Numbered from the stretch's first letter, positions 26,687 through 39,439 are shown. The stretch is 64,000 nt of DNA from Ostrea edulis (GCF_947568905.1 NC_079165.1:95418001-95482000); one strand, 5' to 3'. Program-made: numbers and translations. The notes: generated by a model from the letters alone, not told the origin.

Positions 26687-29122
26687 TTATGTGTTATATT
26701 CATTATGTGTATATTTAGCCCGACGATAGTGATTGTGAACAGTACTAATTTCATCAAAGTAATGGCTCCAATGTCCACTTTGGGGTTGGGAATCTGAAGA
26801 CGTGATTGAAATATGCCTGCGCTTCAAGTCTTTCTTGGAGAAACACATGACAGTGGTGGCTGTGATGCTTACAACCAGAACTAGGAAAGAGAAGACCGTC
26901 AACACAATCACTGCCTCCAACGTGACTTCACTTCGGGGGGTCAGCCCACTGGATGCGGTGGATGACACAGTGGGAGAAGGACTCGATTCCTCCGGTCTAG
27001 AGGTTATTGTCGACACTGTTGATGATGATGATGTTGATATCATAGTGGCGATTGTCGTAGGAGCTGTTGTTTCTGTAATGGTTGTTATAAGCTTTGTTGT
27101 TGATGTTATTTCTGTGGTTGTTGTCTCTATGAATGTTGCTGTTCCTGTAGTAGCTGGGTATGTGGTTGTTGTCTCTATGGATGTTGTTGTTCCTGCAGTA
27201 GCTGGGTCTGTGGTTGTTGTCTCTATGGATGTTGTTGTCTCTATGGATGTTGTTGTTCCTGTAGTAGCTGGGTCCGTTGTTGTTGTCTCTATGGATGTTG
27301 TTGTTCCTGTAGTAGCTGGGTCTGTTGTTGATGTCTCTATGGATGTTGTTGTCTCTATGGATGTTGTTGTTCCTGTAGTAGCTGGGTCTGTGGTTGTTGT
27401 CTCTATGGATGTTGTTGTTCCTGCAGTAGCTGGGTCTGTGGTTGTTGTCTCTATGGATGTTGTTGTCTCTATGGATGTTGTTGTTCCTGTAGTAGCTGGG
27501 TCCGTTGTTGTCTCTATGGATGTTGTTGTTCCTGCAGTAGCTGGGTCTGTGGTTGTTGAGCTGGTCGTTTGATCCTCTGTGCCGATATAGTATAAAGATA
27601 GTAAGCATACAAATATCAATTTAAGTTGTATGAAAAACTATCGTTGCTTATTACCATTACATGTATTCTTAAATTTATTTTTAATACAGTTCAATCCGAT
27701 CTCATCTGTTACTTACCAAGAATATTGTATACTAGCAGAAAGCCTCTTCCCTCAGTGTTATCATCGGAATAAAATTTAATCAGAGCAAAAGACGTGTTGC
27801 TTGTTGAAATTTGTGGATCAAAGCTCGCAGAAGAACAGAAAACTCGCTCAGTCTGTCCTTAAACAGAGAGTGTATATAGTACTGATGCTGCACATTTTGG
27901 GATAACAGAAATGCAGGACCGTATAGTGAGAAACTTACCGTCACTAACGGAAATATTATCTGTACATGCAGAATTTAATTGATCGAAATCCATATCGAGA
28001 AATCGAACTGTTGTAACAATAGATACAGCCTCCGCCTGGGTTGTGATGTTCCACATGCAAGATGTATTGCTGTGAAGTAGTATATTTGTATTATGATTGT
28101 TGCCATAGAAATAATGATTAACAGTACATTCGAAAATTGTAAAAGTGCAGCATAAATGAATCAAGACTCATTTCTAGACAACAAAATAATTATAAAAGTG
28201 CGTTAGCAATGTACTTGCAGAAAATTTTCAAATCAATCACACTTGATACACCGTATGGTATAGGCCTATATTACAAAAAATTAAATCATGAGAAACAGCT
28301 GCTTTTCATGGATAGTCAGGATGACAGGAGACACTTTTAAATGATTTACCTCCGGTAATTTTCCGGAAAGAATGGTGATGTTATGTACTGTTCATCTGTG
28401 GTCGCTGTCAATGTTTTGGTATTTGAATTGCAAGCATCGAGATCGTAGGCTGCAATTAAAGAAGCTTGTGTATGCAAATCTTGAACCCCAGACATTTACA
28501 AATACCACATTCTGTAATGTGAAACGTATTCAAGATCTACCTGTTGTTTTTGCGGAGAGTATACTGAATGTGAAGCCTTTCTCTCGACTGATCTTTGTCG
28601 TACTGTCTGTTTGAAACGATACAAGCATTTGATTGGACGACGTCGTGTAGAGAGGTGTAGTGCTGGACGAATCGGAGCATATAGCTGACGTCAGCGGTGA
28701 GGCGCTTCTACTCGAACCTTTCAAGATACTTCATTAGAATTTTCATTACTTTTAGTGTATGCATTTGTTATAGAAATAAACGCTGATGCATGTAAACTGT
28801 TCTCTATTAAATGATGACCATTTCTAGTTCTTTTAAAAGAACTACATTGTATATCGAGCCATTTTACATACATGTAAATAATGATATTGCCCAAACCATC
28901 AATGCATCATAAACAGTCTTACCATCGTATACTTTTAGAATATCTCCACAATCCACTAGCAGATTTGTTACATGAAACACAAAAACAAGACTGGCGTTGG
29001 TGGATTCAAATAACCATTTGCAATCCAGGTTTCTGGAAATATACAAGACTTTGCTCGTGAATAGAGATTCTTGCATGCCAAAATGAAACACCACGTTATA
29101 TTTACAATAATCACTGTGTTTT
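26687..29122 (-). CDS. CUB-CUB-mucin stalk-TM receptor-like protein (5' end uncertain)
   Basis: Phase-compatible exons 29122 (or 29032)-28923, 28717-28541, 28449-28350 (C...ITSPFFPENY), 28069-27939 (SCMWNI...ACTDNISVSDG), 27857-27717 (FYSDDNTEGRGFLLVY) and 27576-26687 (Thr-rich TTDPATxGTTTSIET repeats, TM AVIVLTVFSFLVLVVSITATTVMCF, Tyr-containing tail). A possible first exon at 29415-29306 is low confidence. Confidence 0.82.
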
Positions 29123-30804
29123 CTGCTTAATCTCTATTGAAATCTGTTGTTTTTTAATTTTATGAAGATACTTAGTTTCAATATAATTTTATCCGATTTT
29201 TATTGCCGTCTGTCTGCGTGTGAACATACACATTCTACGAACTCTGCGACCTACTTAGCAACATTGTTGAAATTGTTGGAAATTAAGTTTTCTGCATTTT
29301 TTAACCTTTCATTTGAATAGGTACAATGAATAACATTATCTCTATCATATGATGGTTTATTTACTAGTAATGCGCTTTGAGTAGCAACAACCACGCTCGC
29401 TAGGTGTCGCGTCATGTTCTATTTTTATTTCTACAGGAAAAGTGGGACGAGGTTCCACCCTATTTTTTACGGGCTAGTATGGATAAACCTAGAGCCTACG
29501 AATGATGCGAAGTTGATCGTTCGGATCTAAAATAGCTATATTTTGCGTATCTCACGTGATTAGGCACATTCCAGAAAATACCTTTGAGATTGAAGCGATT
29601 AAGCAGAGCGAGTATATGTAAACATTTACTTAACGGTGAAATACGCAACAAAGAGTGACATATTAATACATTTTATGCATAAATAAATTATACTGAGGTC
29701 AAACATGGACGATAATTGCCCGTGTTCATATAGTATTTGATTGATTTAGATATCCAAGGAAAGATAACTCCCATTATTAACGTACTCACAACGTACCGGT
29801 GGTATACAATAGTACAATGTTTAAACATTTCTGAATGATGAGTGAATCTTTATTTTCATCAGAATCTTTTCCATCACACTCACAGACCAGGTCCCCATAC
29901 CCCTACCAGTGTCAATCTGTGACTGATAGCAGTGCGGTATTTAATTTGATATAGTCTAGAGGAAATTCGAAATATGGTAGTGACATTTCTTCCTCACTGA
30001 ATTAGCTGGATTTTTAACGTTTAAAGAAAAGTGGGGTATGGACTGGGGGGTTAAAAATGCTATTTGCCAAATTTTCAACAATATTAATTACAAGGCAAGG
30101 CAAAAGGGGTCATAAGCTACAGATGCAATTTTCACTTGCAAAAAAAACTGCCACCAGTTACACTTAATTAGTGACTTACTTACAGATAAATAAAGTAACT
30201 TACAAATATTTTATTTATTTATTTATCTATCATTTCATTTCATTTTTTTTTTATAGTATCATGGTTTGTACTTGAAGAGTCATCGCAATAAAGTGACATT
30301 AATTATTAGTGTTTCAAAAAAATCTGATCATGCAGTTTTTAAATTTCTGAATTTTGAAAAAATAAAAATAAATAAATAATAGATTCTGATACAACTCAGC
30401 CCCCCGACTGGCCAGAGAGTTCTGCTTCTGTCAGTTCTGATGCAACTAGCTCAGCCCCAGGCTGGCCAGAGAGTCCACTGTTTCGGTAAATTTTGATAAT
30501 GATGCAACTCAGGCCCCCCCCCCCCCCCCCCCCCCCCCGACAGCTCTACCAGAAGTTCTCGGAAAAGACTTGCTGATGTTTAATAAATCAGTTTTCCTAT
30601 TAATTTTACTTTTGCTCCTGTTCATCAGTTCATTAGGCTATGGCCCAATTTGATTAAATTTAAGATCGTTGATCCGCTCCGTATTCCTCTTCCTTTCCTG
30701 TATCTGTGAAGTCCAGAGGTGAGATATATTCTTTCCAAAACAACTAAGAATGTTCATGGAACAATTCAGTATTAATTGTTTTCCTTTTCTGTTGTATGCC
30801 TTAT

Positions 30805-31190
30805 TTCAAGAAATAACTTTCAGGTCACTTTTTAATGTGAAATGGAACATTTTCAATTTTTGACAACCTGACGGTAGGGGTGTTTAAGACACTATACCTC
30901 ATTTTCTGTAAGGAAGTGGAGTAAAAGGAATTCAGAATTGGATTCAGCATACTCAAAATTGGTAATTACACCTGCTTTTTATTGTTTTGGGTAATGGTGT
31001 TTCAAGAAATAAAGTTGGGTCACTTTTTGATGCGAAATGAAACATTTTCCGTTTTAGGCAACCTGACGGTAGGGGTGTTTAAGACACTATACCTCATTTT
31101 CTATAAGAAATTGGAGTAAAAGGAATCCAGATTTGAAATCAGCATACTCAAAATTGGTAATTACACCTGATTTTTATTGTTTTGGGTAAT
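30805..31190. repeat. Tandem duplication of about 195 bp, 2 copies
   Basis: caacctgacggtaggggtgtttaagacactatacctc at 30864 and 31059, with alignable flanks. Confidence 0.85.
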
Positions 31191-31758
31191 TTTTAAAAAA
31201 TGGGTGGTGGTTGCTACTTTGAGTTCGTCTTTCTTGAATTATTTCCCTTTTCCATCGTTCAAATATGGAAGTCATTACCAAATACGGATAATGTGAAGTG
31301 ATTTTCTGTTGTTACATTTAAATAACTTACAATTCAATAATATCTACGTATATTTTACTTACTTGAAAGTATTGATATTTCAAAATAATATAGTAGAAAA
31401 ACATAAATAATAAAATGCTTTTCTCTGATTTGTTAAACTGAATATGAAGATCTCAAACATTGCTTATCGCTGGTTGTTGGTTTTTTTTACCATGTAAGCG
31501 ACCTTCATATCCCGTTTGACTAACTAAAAGAAATCATTTTATTATTCAGAAAGCGCAACATAATTATAAGCGAAATCGGTTTATAAAGAAGAAAATCCCT
31601 TTAAAGAACTCTATTGAGGACATTCCTTGTTATATATACCCATACAATGTAGATGTTTTAACAGTCTACATGTATATAGTTTTGTTTGAGAAAGATCACG
31701 ACTTCTAGCAACATCATAACATGGATGTGCTTTCATTAAGAGGGGGAAAATCCAAGTG

Positions 31759-31838
<80 letters not shown>

Positions 31839-31839
31839 A

Positions 31840-32110
31840 AGCACTAAACTGACCAACGACACGAACAAATTTTCGGGACGCCCCGTCCCTTCTTCAGGAC
31901 AAACGAAAAGAATTACATAATGTGGCCAATATCAATAGAGCATAATAACAAAAACTACATATAAATACATCTAGCACTACAATTACACTAATCTACAAAC
32001 GTATTTACAACGCAGACTACATGTTTTTGGTCTTTAGGCTTGCCAATCAATGTTAAAAGTGGAGCGAATTAGGACATGCCTTATTCGTCCAAAGACTTTA
32101 AGAGCTGATC

Positions 32111-32112
<2 letters not shown>
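31840..32112 (-). mobile_element. Penelope-like terminal-repeat fragment between (TA)n tracts, with a degenerate hammerhead core
   Basis: Minus strand reads CTGAAGA-A-GGGACG-ggg-CGTCCC-GAAA (31897-31871). Flanked by (TA)n/(CA)n at 31760-31838 and (TA)n at 32113-32163. Confidence 0.55.
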
Positions 32113-32166
<54 letters not shown>

Positions 32167-33052
32167 ATATATCATACAAAGGTTGTGCTAAAAACTCTTG
32201 TGTAAACAAGAGCTAGCAATAAATGGTAACTCTACTTCATATTTTTTAAGGAAATAATTTGATACATAATGCCAGTGTACACATACACTCACTTGTCATA
32301 GCTTACGGATGAATTGATGGGATATGAAAATACTACCCTGTCGAAGTTAGGTGCAGGTACAGATAGGGTGTTTCCGTCACACTGACACGATACACCTGAA
32401 ATGATGTTTATTATTGTTAACAATTATGCAACCGTGTTAATAGTGTCCTCAACGACACGATGTACAGAGTGGTATCGTTTCAGGTGTCTTTTGAAAAATA
32501 GACCCATTTCTTTCATTTTGCACCAAAACCGGAAGTAAGAGAAAAAAGTAGAGACAAAATTCGCGTAGTAGTTGACAGATCCTTTCGTATTATTTATATG
32601 CTGCCGATCTGTACGTGTCAGCTCTCTGGGATCTCTGGTCTGTCCTAATATTTTTTCAGAGATGGCTATATAAAAAAAATGGAGTATCGTGTCTGCACTC
32701 CCCATAGCAGTCTACAAATAATGGACCACAATGGACACGATTGAGGAATTCAAAGTATCAATACAATGATGATAATAATAATAAAAAAAACCCTCATCTA
32801 CCGTCGTTTCATTTCATTATATTTTTCAATATTTAGATAAAAACTTCTCTTTACATACTTACTTGTAAAATGGTTGAACACACTGTTGAATAGAGATATA
32901 CTCAGAAGAAAATGACCAGCGGTATCCATGCGAACAACCGGCTCTCCGAATGTTAACTAGTACATGTATTGTGTTTCACCGATTTCTTACGCGACGCGAC
33001 AGACACGACGTTGTCAACTTATCCGTGAAGAAAAAAAGGGCGGGATATTTAT

Positions 33053-33750
33053 GGCACGCCAAATTCACAAAAATGAGCTAAACATAGTTTACGAACTGTA
33101 AACCAGTGGCGTAGCTTCCATTGAGGCAACCGAGGCAGCTGCCTCGGTAAAAAAAAAAACAAAAAACCCCCACCTTTTACGTTGTTAAAATGTCGATAGC
33201 TTCTGGGGGGCGCAGCCCCCCAGACCCCCTGCGTCGGTAATATTCGAACCCAAGCTACGCCTATGCTGTAAACTATAGTTAACGATTCGTTAACTATAGT
33301 TTTCATGCGTAAAATTATATTTAACGGTTGTAAACTATAGTTTACAAATGTTAATCCAAGTTAATTGTCTTTAAATAAACGTTAACAATAGATTTTGCTG
33401 ATAAATACAGATTCACATTTGTAAACTATAATTTACATTCGTTAACTATAGTTCACAATTGTTAATCCTAGTTTCACAAATTGTGAATTATCACCGTATA
33501 TAACCGTAGTTTACAATCGTAAAACCGTATTTATCAAATAAACTATGTTTTGCAATCGCTAATGATTGTTTTCATTGTTAATTATAGTTTACGCTTGGGA
33601 AACATAGATTATCTGTTAACTATGGTTTACAGATGTGAAATATAGATTAACGTCGTTAACTATAGTCCGTAAACTATAGTTTACAGTCGATAAACCTAGT
33701 TTATCAACTGTGAAACTATGTTTAGCTCATTTTTGTGAATTTGGCGTGCC
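33053..33750. mobile_element. MITE with perfect long TIRs and internal actatagt-type repeats
   Basis: GGCACGCCAAATTCACAAAAATGAGCTAAACATAGTTT at the left is perfectly inverted at 33713-33750, with AT flanks. The terminus is the same style as 23322-24330. Confidence 0.88.
33104..33265. mobile_element. hAT-type MITE nested in the 33053 element, 8-bp TSD
   Basis: TIR CAGTGGCGTAGCT / AGCTACGCCTATG, with TSD CTGTAAAC at 33096-33103 and 33266-33273. Confidence 0.88.
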
Positions 33751-34479
33751 ATAAATATGGGAGTCAGAGAAACGGATATACATTTTCTTTGGTTGAATGA
33801 ATATAACCCAGAATAAATCTTCGTGATAATCAAGGAAGTTAAACTGATTCTACAAATTTGAAAATAGAGGTTTTTATAGTAGAACGAGCTTTATGTTAGC
33901 TGGGGCATGCTTTTTATTTCTTACATTGTTGTAGGTTTTTATCATTGTAACCAAAGTCTTTTTAAAAAAAATTTAAGGTATAACATATTATAATTTTGTA
34001 ACGTGTAGCTGTTACCCGTCTAAGTACTAACATCGTTCGCGCTGTTAATTAATTTGCGTGATCAAGAGAGAGACGGTCACATCACTAGAAATCCTAGCTT
34101 ATTAGGGGAAGTTCCTTGTATATTCATCGCTACAATATTCATTCATCATAGATTTAAGTTTGAACAACAACAAAAAAATCAGAGAAACTGAGGGATGTTT
34201 CTCAAAAAAATATCTTTATATATTTAAATCTTTCACACTGTACGACAACACGTTTGAATATGTACAATGTATCTAACGCAAATGGTTAAATAATAAGATT
34301 GTGTTATCTGCAACTTCTATGTAAAGTTTGATTAAAATCCAATTGATTTGATATTCACATTGTATCAAAGCATGATATTTAAAAGGATATCCTTGTAAAT
34401 TTAGAAGTACAACTTTCCGTGTTTGTGAGTGAACAAACTGCAACAGAGATGGTTGTTTTTGTTATATCATTGTATAGCG

Positions 34480-35755
34480 ATGTCAATGTGGTGTTCCAGT
34501 ATTGTGATGTCATGCTAATGTCATTGTTGTGGTGTTCCAGTATTGTGATGTCATGCTGATGTTATTGTTGTGGTGTTCCAGTATTGTGATGTCATGCTGA
34601 TGTCATTGTTGTGGTATTCCAGCATTGTGATGTCATGCTGATGTTATTGTTGTGGTATTCCAGCATTGTGATGTCATGCTGATGTTATTGTTGTGGTGTT
34701 CCAGTATTGTGATGTCATGCTGATGTTATTGTTGTGGTGTTCAGGCACTGTGATGTCATGCTGATGTTATTGTTGTGGTGTTCCAGTATTGTGATGTCAT
34801 GCTGATGTCATTGTTGTGGTATTCCAGTATTGTGATGTCATGCTGATGTTATTGTTGTGGTGTTCCAGTATTGTGATGTCATGCTGATGTTATTGTTGGG
34901 GTGTTCCAGTATTGTGATGTCATGCTGATGTCATTGTTGTGGTATTCCAGCATTGTGATGTCATGCTGATGTTATTGTTGTGGTATTCCAGCATTGTGAT
35001 GTCATGCTGATGTTATTGTTGTGGTATTCCAGCATTGTGATGTCATGCTGATGTTATTGTTGTGGTGTTCAGGCATTGTGATGTCATGCTGATGTTATTG
35101 TTGTGGTGTTCCAGCATTGTGATGTCATGCTGATCTTATTGTTGTGGTGTTCAGGCATTGTGATGTCATGCTGATGTTATTGTTGTGGTGTTCAGGCATT
35201 GTGATGTCATGCTGATCTTATTGTTGTGGTGTTCAGGCATTATGATGTCATGCTGATGTTTTGTTGGTGTGTTCAGGCATTGTGATACCATGCTGATGTT
35301 ATTGCTGTGGTGTTCAGGCATTGTGATGTTATTGTTGTGATGTTCAGGCATTGTGATGTCATGCTGATGTTATTGTTGTGGTGTTCAGGCATTGTGATGT
35401 CATGCTCATGTTATTGTTGTGGTGTTCCGGCATTGTGATGTCATTGTTGTGGTGTTCAGGCATTGTGATGTCATGCTGATGTTATTGTTGTGCAAACTCC
35501 CCGTCAAGGCCTCATTACGTCACCTACAAATAGTTTGTGAGCAAACGAACTCTGGTGGAAGTTTGATTGTTGTGGTGTTCCGGCATTGTGATGTCATTGT
35601 TGTGGTGTTCAGGCATTGTGATGTCATGCTGGTGTCATTGTTGTGGTGTTCCAGCATTTTGATGTCATGCTGATGTTATTGTTGTGGTTTTCCAGCATTG
35701 TGATGTCATGCTGATGTTATTGTTGTGGTGTTCTGGCATTGTGATGTCATTGTTA
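34480..35755. repeat. 41-bp minisatellite, about 30 copies
   Basis: Unit gtggtgttccagtattgtgatgtcatgctgatgttattgtt, with attgtgatgtcatg at 34501 and 34542. Confidence 0.95.
35493..35565. mobile_element. 73-bp mini-element with a 9-bp TSD inside the minisatellite
   Basis: Ends CAAACTCCC / GGAAGTTTG (8 of 9 inverted), with TSD ATTGTTGTG at 35484-35492 and 35566-35574. Confidence 0.75.
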
Positions 35756-36207
35756 TATTTCACCAATAATATTTTTGAAGATTTTCTAAAAAACAAAATA
35801 GAATGTATAGCATTTCCTGAATATCCTTGACCTTGGAAATGTTATGTTGAGTAGCCTTTACGATGTATCCAAATGCATAGGTCACAGAAAGATTGTGTTA
35901 TAAAAGTATCCATAAGTATCCAATGCATCCCTGTGTCAACCTAGTCCTGCTGTTCTTCATCATAAGAAGCTTGAATCCATACAACTTAGGAATGTTTTCA
36001 TATTCATATGATTTAGCGTGACCCTGTTGCCATGAAAAGAATTTTTTTATTAAATTGAATTAAAAATTCCTATTTTAGCCCAACTCTAACCCAGGGGTCA
36101 TGGAATGATCAAATAGATATATAAATATTTGTACTATATTCAAATCCTTGCATATAATATGACTAATCATGGCCAGTGGTGCATGAGAAGAATTTTTAAA
36201 AAGTTTT

Positions 36208-36245
<38 letters not shown>

Positions 36246-36249
36246 ATAT

Positions 36250-36383
36250 ATACAGGGGATGCTTACTCCTCCTAGGCACCTGATCCCGCCTCTGGTTTGT
36301 CCAGGGGTCCATGTTTGCCCAACTATCTATTTTGTATTGCTTGTAGGAGTTATGAGATTGATCACTGTTCGTTATCTTCACCT

Positions 36384-36387
<4 letters not shown>
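36250..36387 (+). mobile_element. 3' fragment of an abundant retroelement (PLE-like)
   Basis: acaggggatgcttactcctcctaggcacctgatccc...gatcactgttcgttatcttcacc. The same family occurs at 38748-38940 (minus), with a degenerate piece at 44295-44445. Confidence 0.7.
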
Positions 36388-36432
<45 letters not shown>

Positions 36433-36498
36433 CAATAAAAGAGCAGGAAAATATACAGTTCCAAAATATATTTAAATCACTAGATTATTAATTTGTAT

Positions 36499-36539
36499 TC
36501 ACCTGAGGATGGATGTTAAAATCCAGAAAGCGCTAGTGA
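36499..36539 (+). ncRNA. Minimal type I hammerhead ribozyme (Penelope-like)
   Basis: TCAC-CTGAGGA-TGGAT-gttaaa-ATCCA-GAAA-GCGC-TA-GTGA: an intact core, a 5-bp stem II, a palindromic stem III (AGCGCT), a CUA cleavage triplet and a 4-bp stem I. Confidence 0.75.
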
Positions 36540-36625
36540 TTTAAATATATTTTGAAACTGTATATTTTCCTGCTTTTTTATTGAATTATTTTGACTGTGT
36601 GATATCAACTCTTTCTATTTGGATC

Positions 36626-36691
<66 letters not shown>

Positions 36692-36733
36692 TGCTACCTC
36701 ATTTTTTACCATCTGGACCAAAACTAATACATA

Positions 36734-37458
36734 CAGTACCAAACACTGTTACAGCGAACACGTTTACAATGAATCCATACTTACAGTAAAGTGATTTTCA
36801 TTCCCTGTAACTTTGAAGCATATTGTAACGTGTTATGGTTCGAAGATTTGGATGAGTCCCTATACTTATTGATATTGATCTTAAACAAATGATTAGGAAA
36901 TATACGAGTCAATATATACAGATATATCAAAGATTATTTATCCTTATAAAAAAAATGTACGAGTCAATATATACAGATATGTGCAAGATTTCCTATCTTT
37001 ATCATAAAGAGACTATAGATCTGGATGTGACAGATCCGGGAGTACGGGAGATGCGTCCTTATACCGGACAGATCCCTTTTGTCGAAGGACTGATCAAACA
37101 AAATAAAATAAACACCAGGTGAACGTCCCCACCTTTAAAAGCTTCCCTACTAGTATACGAGACACCGTATACTGTTAGTTTCTTTCTTCACCGTACCTTC
37201 GATAACTTCTTGCCAGCGTCTACTTCAGAATGACACTGTCTCTCGCAAAACAGCCGTATTTATACTACCCGGCATTCGTTATGCCTTGGGTCATATCGTA
37301 TTGTCATACGATGAAGTCCGGATCACATAGATAATAATACATCCCGTGCCCGATCCCAATTCGTCACAATATTATAAACTTATTGGGTATGAAGAATTAT
37401 GTTTATAATGAATTGAAATTGTTCGCCCCTTGCACTTCGCTATAAGCGTGTTTTACTG
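36734..37458. mobile_element. Tc1/mariner-type MITE split by a solo LTR
   Basis: Right end ttcgctataagcgtgttttactg|TA and degenerate left end TA|cagtaccaaacactgttacagcgaa. Confidence 0.6.
36824..37368 (-). mobile_element. Solo LTR (Gypsy-like), 545 bp
   Basis: TGTAACG...CGTCACA termini with a 4-bp TSD ATAT (36820-36823 and 37369-37372). TATAAATA lies on the minus strand near 37258-37265, which suggests the orientation. Confidence 0.75.
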
Positions 37459-38747
37459 TAATATAGTTCAGTTGAGAAGATTTGGTGGAAAATAAAAACC
37501 GATCCGAGATCAAATGAATTATGCTTGAACTCTTCCGATGACGAAGTAATTATTTCTATCCCACTAGGGTGATGTTTCTAACATGTGCAAATTTCGATTC
37601 TTCTATAGGGGAAGTCAGCTACATGTGACGTGACGTCAAGATAGAAAATTCCTCAATACCCCTTGGCGTTCTTTGATCTGAAGGGTTTGCTGGAGAATTT
37701 TTTATGCTCCCACGGTCAAGGAAATACATGTATAATTCAGAAGAGCACTGCCGCCTGATCTTATTTCTTTATAGCTCACCTGAGTTTTTAAGTCAAGTGA
37801 GCTTTTCTGATCACTTGTGACGTCTCCATTAGCCGCAGATCTATATAGCTCTCTGGGAAAATATTGAGACAGACCAGAGAGCTACAGATCCACCCCTTAT
37901 AAAAACCCTTCGATTTACGGCACAGGAAAAAATGCGCACGTACGGTTAAAGCCTTATATGGTTGTATTCTTGCATTGTCATCTCAAAAAAAAAATCGTAA
38001 CACATTTTCCCACTTTACTTGGGTCCAAACATGCCTTCAAATATTTATTAAAGCTCCATGATAAGAGATATTTTCTTCAGAGCATGATTATAGTATCAAT
38101 AAGCAAGCATCCTCAGATAGTGTAGAGTCATATTCAATCTGTGGCTCCCGGAGGTTAGATGGGGCCACAATATAATGGAAGTTTACGTAGAAATACGTCG
38201 AATTTTAAAACAAAAATCTTCTCAACACTAGAGCTGTATTTCCCATAAATTCCCCCTTTTTACCAGTTTTACATGCTAATTTACGAGATTGCATTCTGGT
38301 TTACAAGACTGCATGCTAGTTTAGATGTCTAACGTTTGCGTGCGCCCTCTATCGCAGAATACCTAATAACATAATCCACCAGTTGATTTTGGCCATTATC
38401 AGACAAAACTATAACACTCTGTTGATTTAGTAAACGATTTTAATAAGTGTACAACAAACATGCTATTGTGGGGAATTGACCATAAAACATGCAGTTTACG
38501 TCCAGTGGGACAACCCATTTTTCATCATGTGCATTTTCTTGTGTCAAAGAATAAAACTAGGACTCTGAAAAAGACAAAGACGTTATAATCAGTTTCAAAT
38601 ACAGCGTAACCTTATACATAATATGTGAAAAGTCGCGTGGAAAATGTGATAATCTGCCGAGTTCTACAACGTGCCTAGCTATACCGAACTCAATCGAAAA
38701 TATGTGTATGTGTAGAGCTATACCAAATTCAATTTGATAAACTTGAT

Positions 38748-38940
38748 GAAAAGGCGAAGATAACGAACAGCGATTAATCTCTTAACTCCAGTAAAGAATA
38801 CAATATTAAGAGTGGGGCGAACACGGACCTCTGGGCATACCACAGGTGAAATCAGGTGCCTAGGAGGAGCAAGCATCTCCTGTCGACCGGTTACACCCGC
38901 CGTGAGCCCTATATTTTGATCAGAAACTGAGTAATCCGTC
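38748..38940 (-). mobile_element. 3' fragment of the same abundant retroelement as 36250
   Basis: Translates as GLTAGVTGRQEMLAPPRHLISP and ends in the cgttatcttcgccttttcat 3' motif. Confidence 0.7.
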
Positions 38941-39439
38941 AAAATTAGTATGTAGAATGGCCTAACAATATGTATGAAACACGTCTGACACCATTTGATC
39001 CATGGACAGGTTGTATTGGTAAATCATATTATCATAACGACCACAGAATTTACTGTAAAGAGGCGGACTACGTCGGACCTTAAAATCAACGAAACGTGAC
39101 GACATACACCTGTATTGACACCCCTCAAATCATGATACATTTATTATATACTCCTGATGAAACAAATTAATTACTGGTTGTCAAAAAGACAAACAGAAAA
39201 TGAAAATAATTCCTTGTGTACGTCCACGCATTCTCGCTGCCTTGTCCATGAAGCAGTCGGCCTTTTTTTTCGTTAATGGTTTGTTAGACCAATCCCTCCT
39301 TCCGACTTTGCTCCATTGCCTTTAAGGAGAACCGAAAGGAAAGAAAATTCAAGGAAACGTGATAATAATTTCTTACCTTTGCATTCTGAATACCTCGTCT
39401 TTAAGGCAACGACGCGAAGAAGCAGGAAAGCGGGGCAGA

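Noticed and set aside
26802-27572. 256-aa Val-rich ORF on the plus strand (and 26997..27608 on minus)
   Set aside because: Antisense and alternative-frame shadows of the Thr-rich mucin exon, which has the splice sites and the TM segment.
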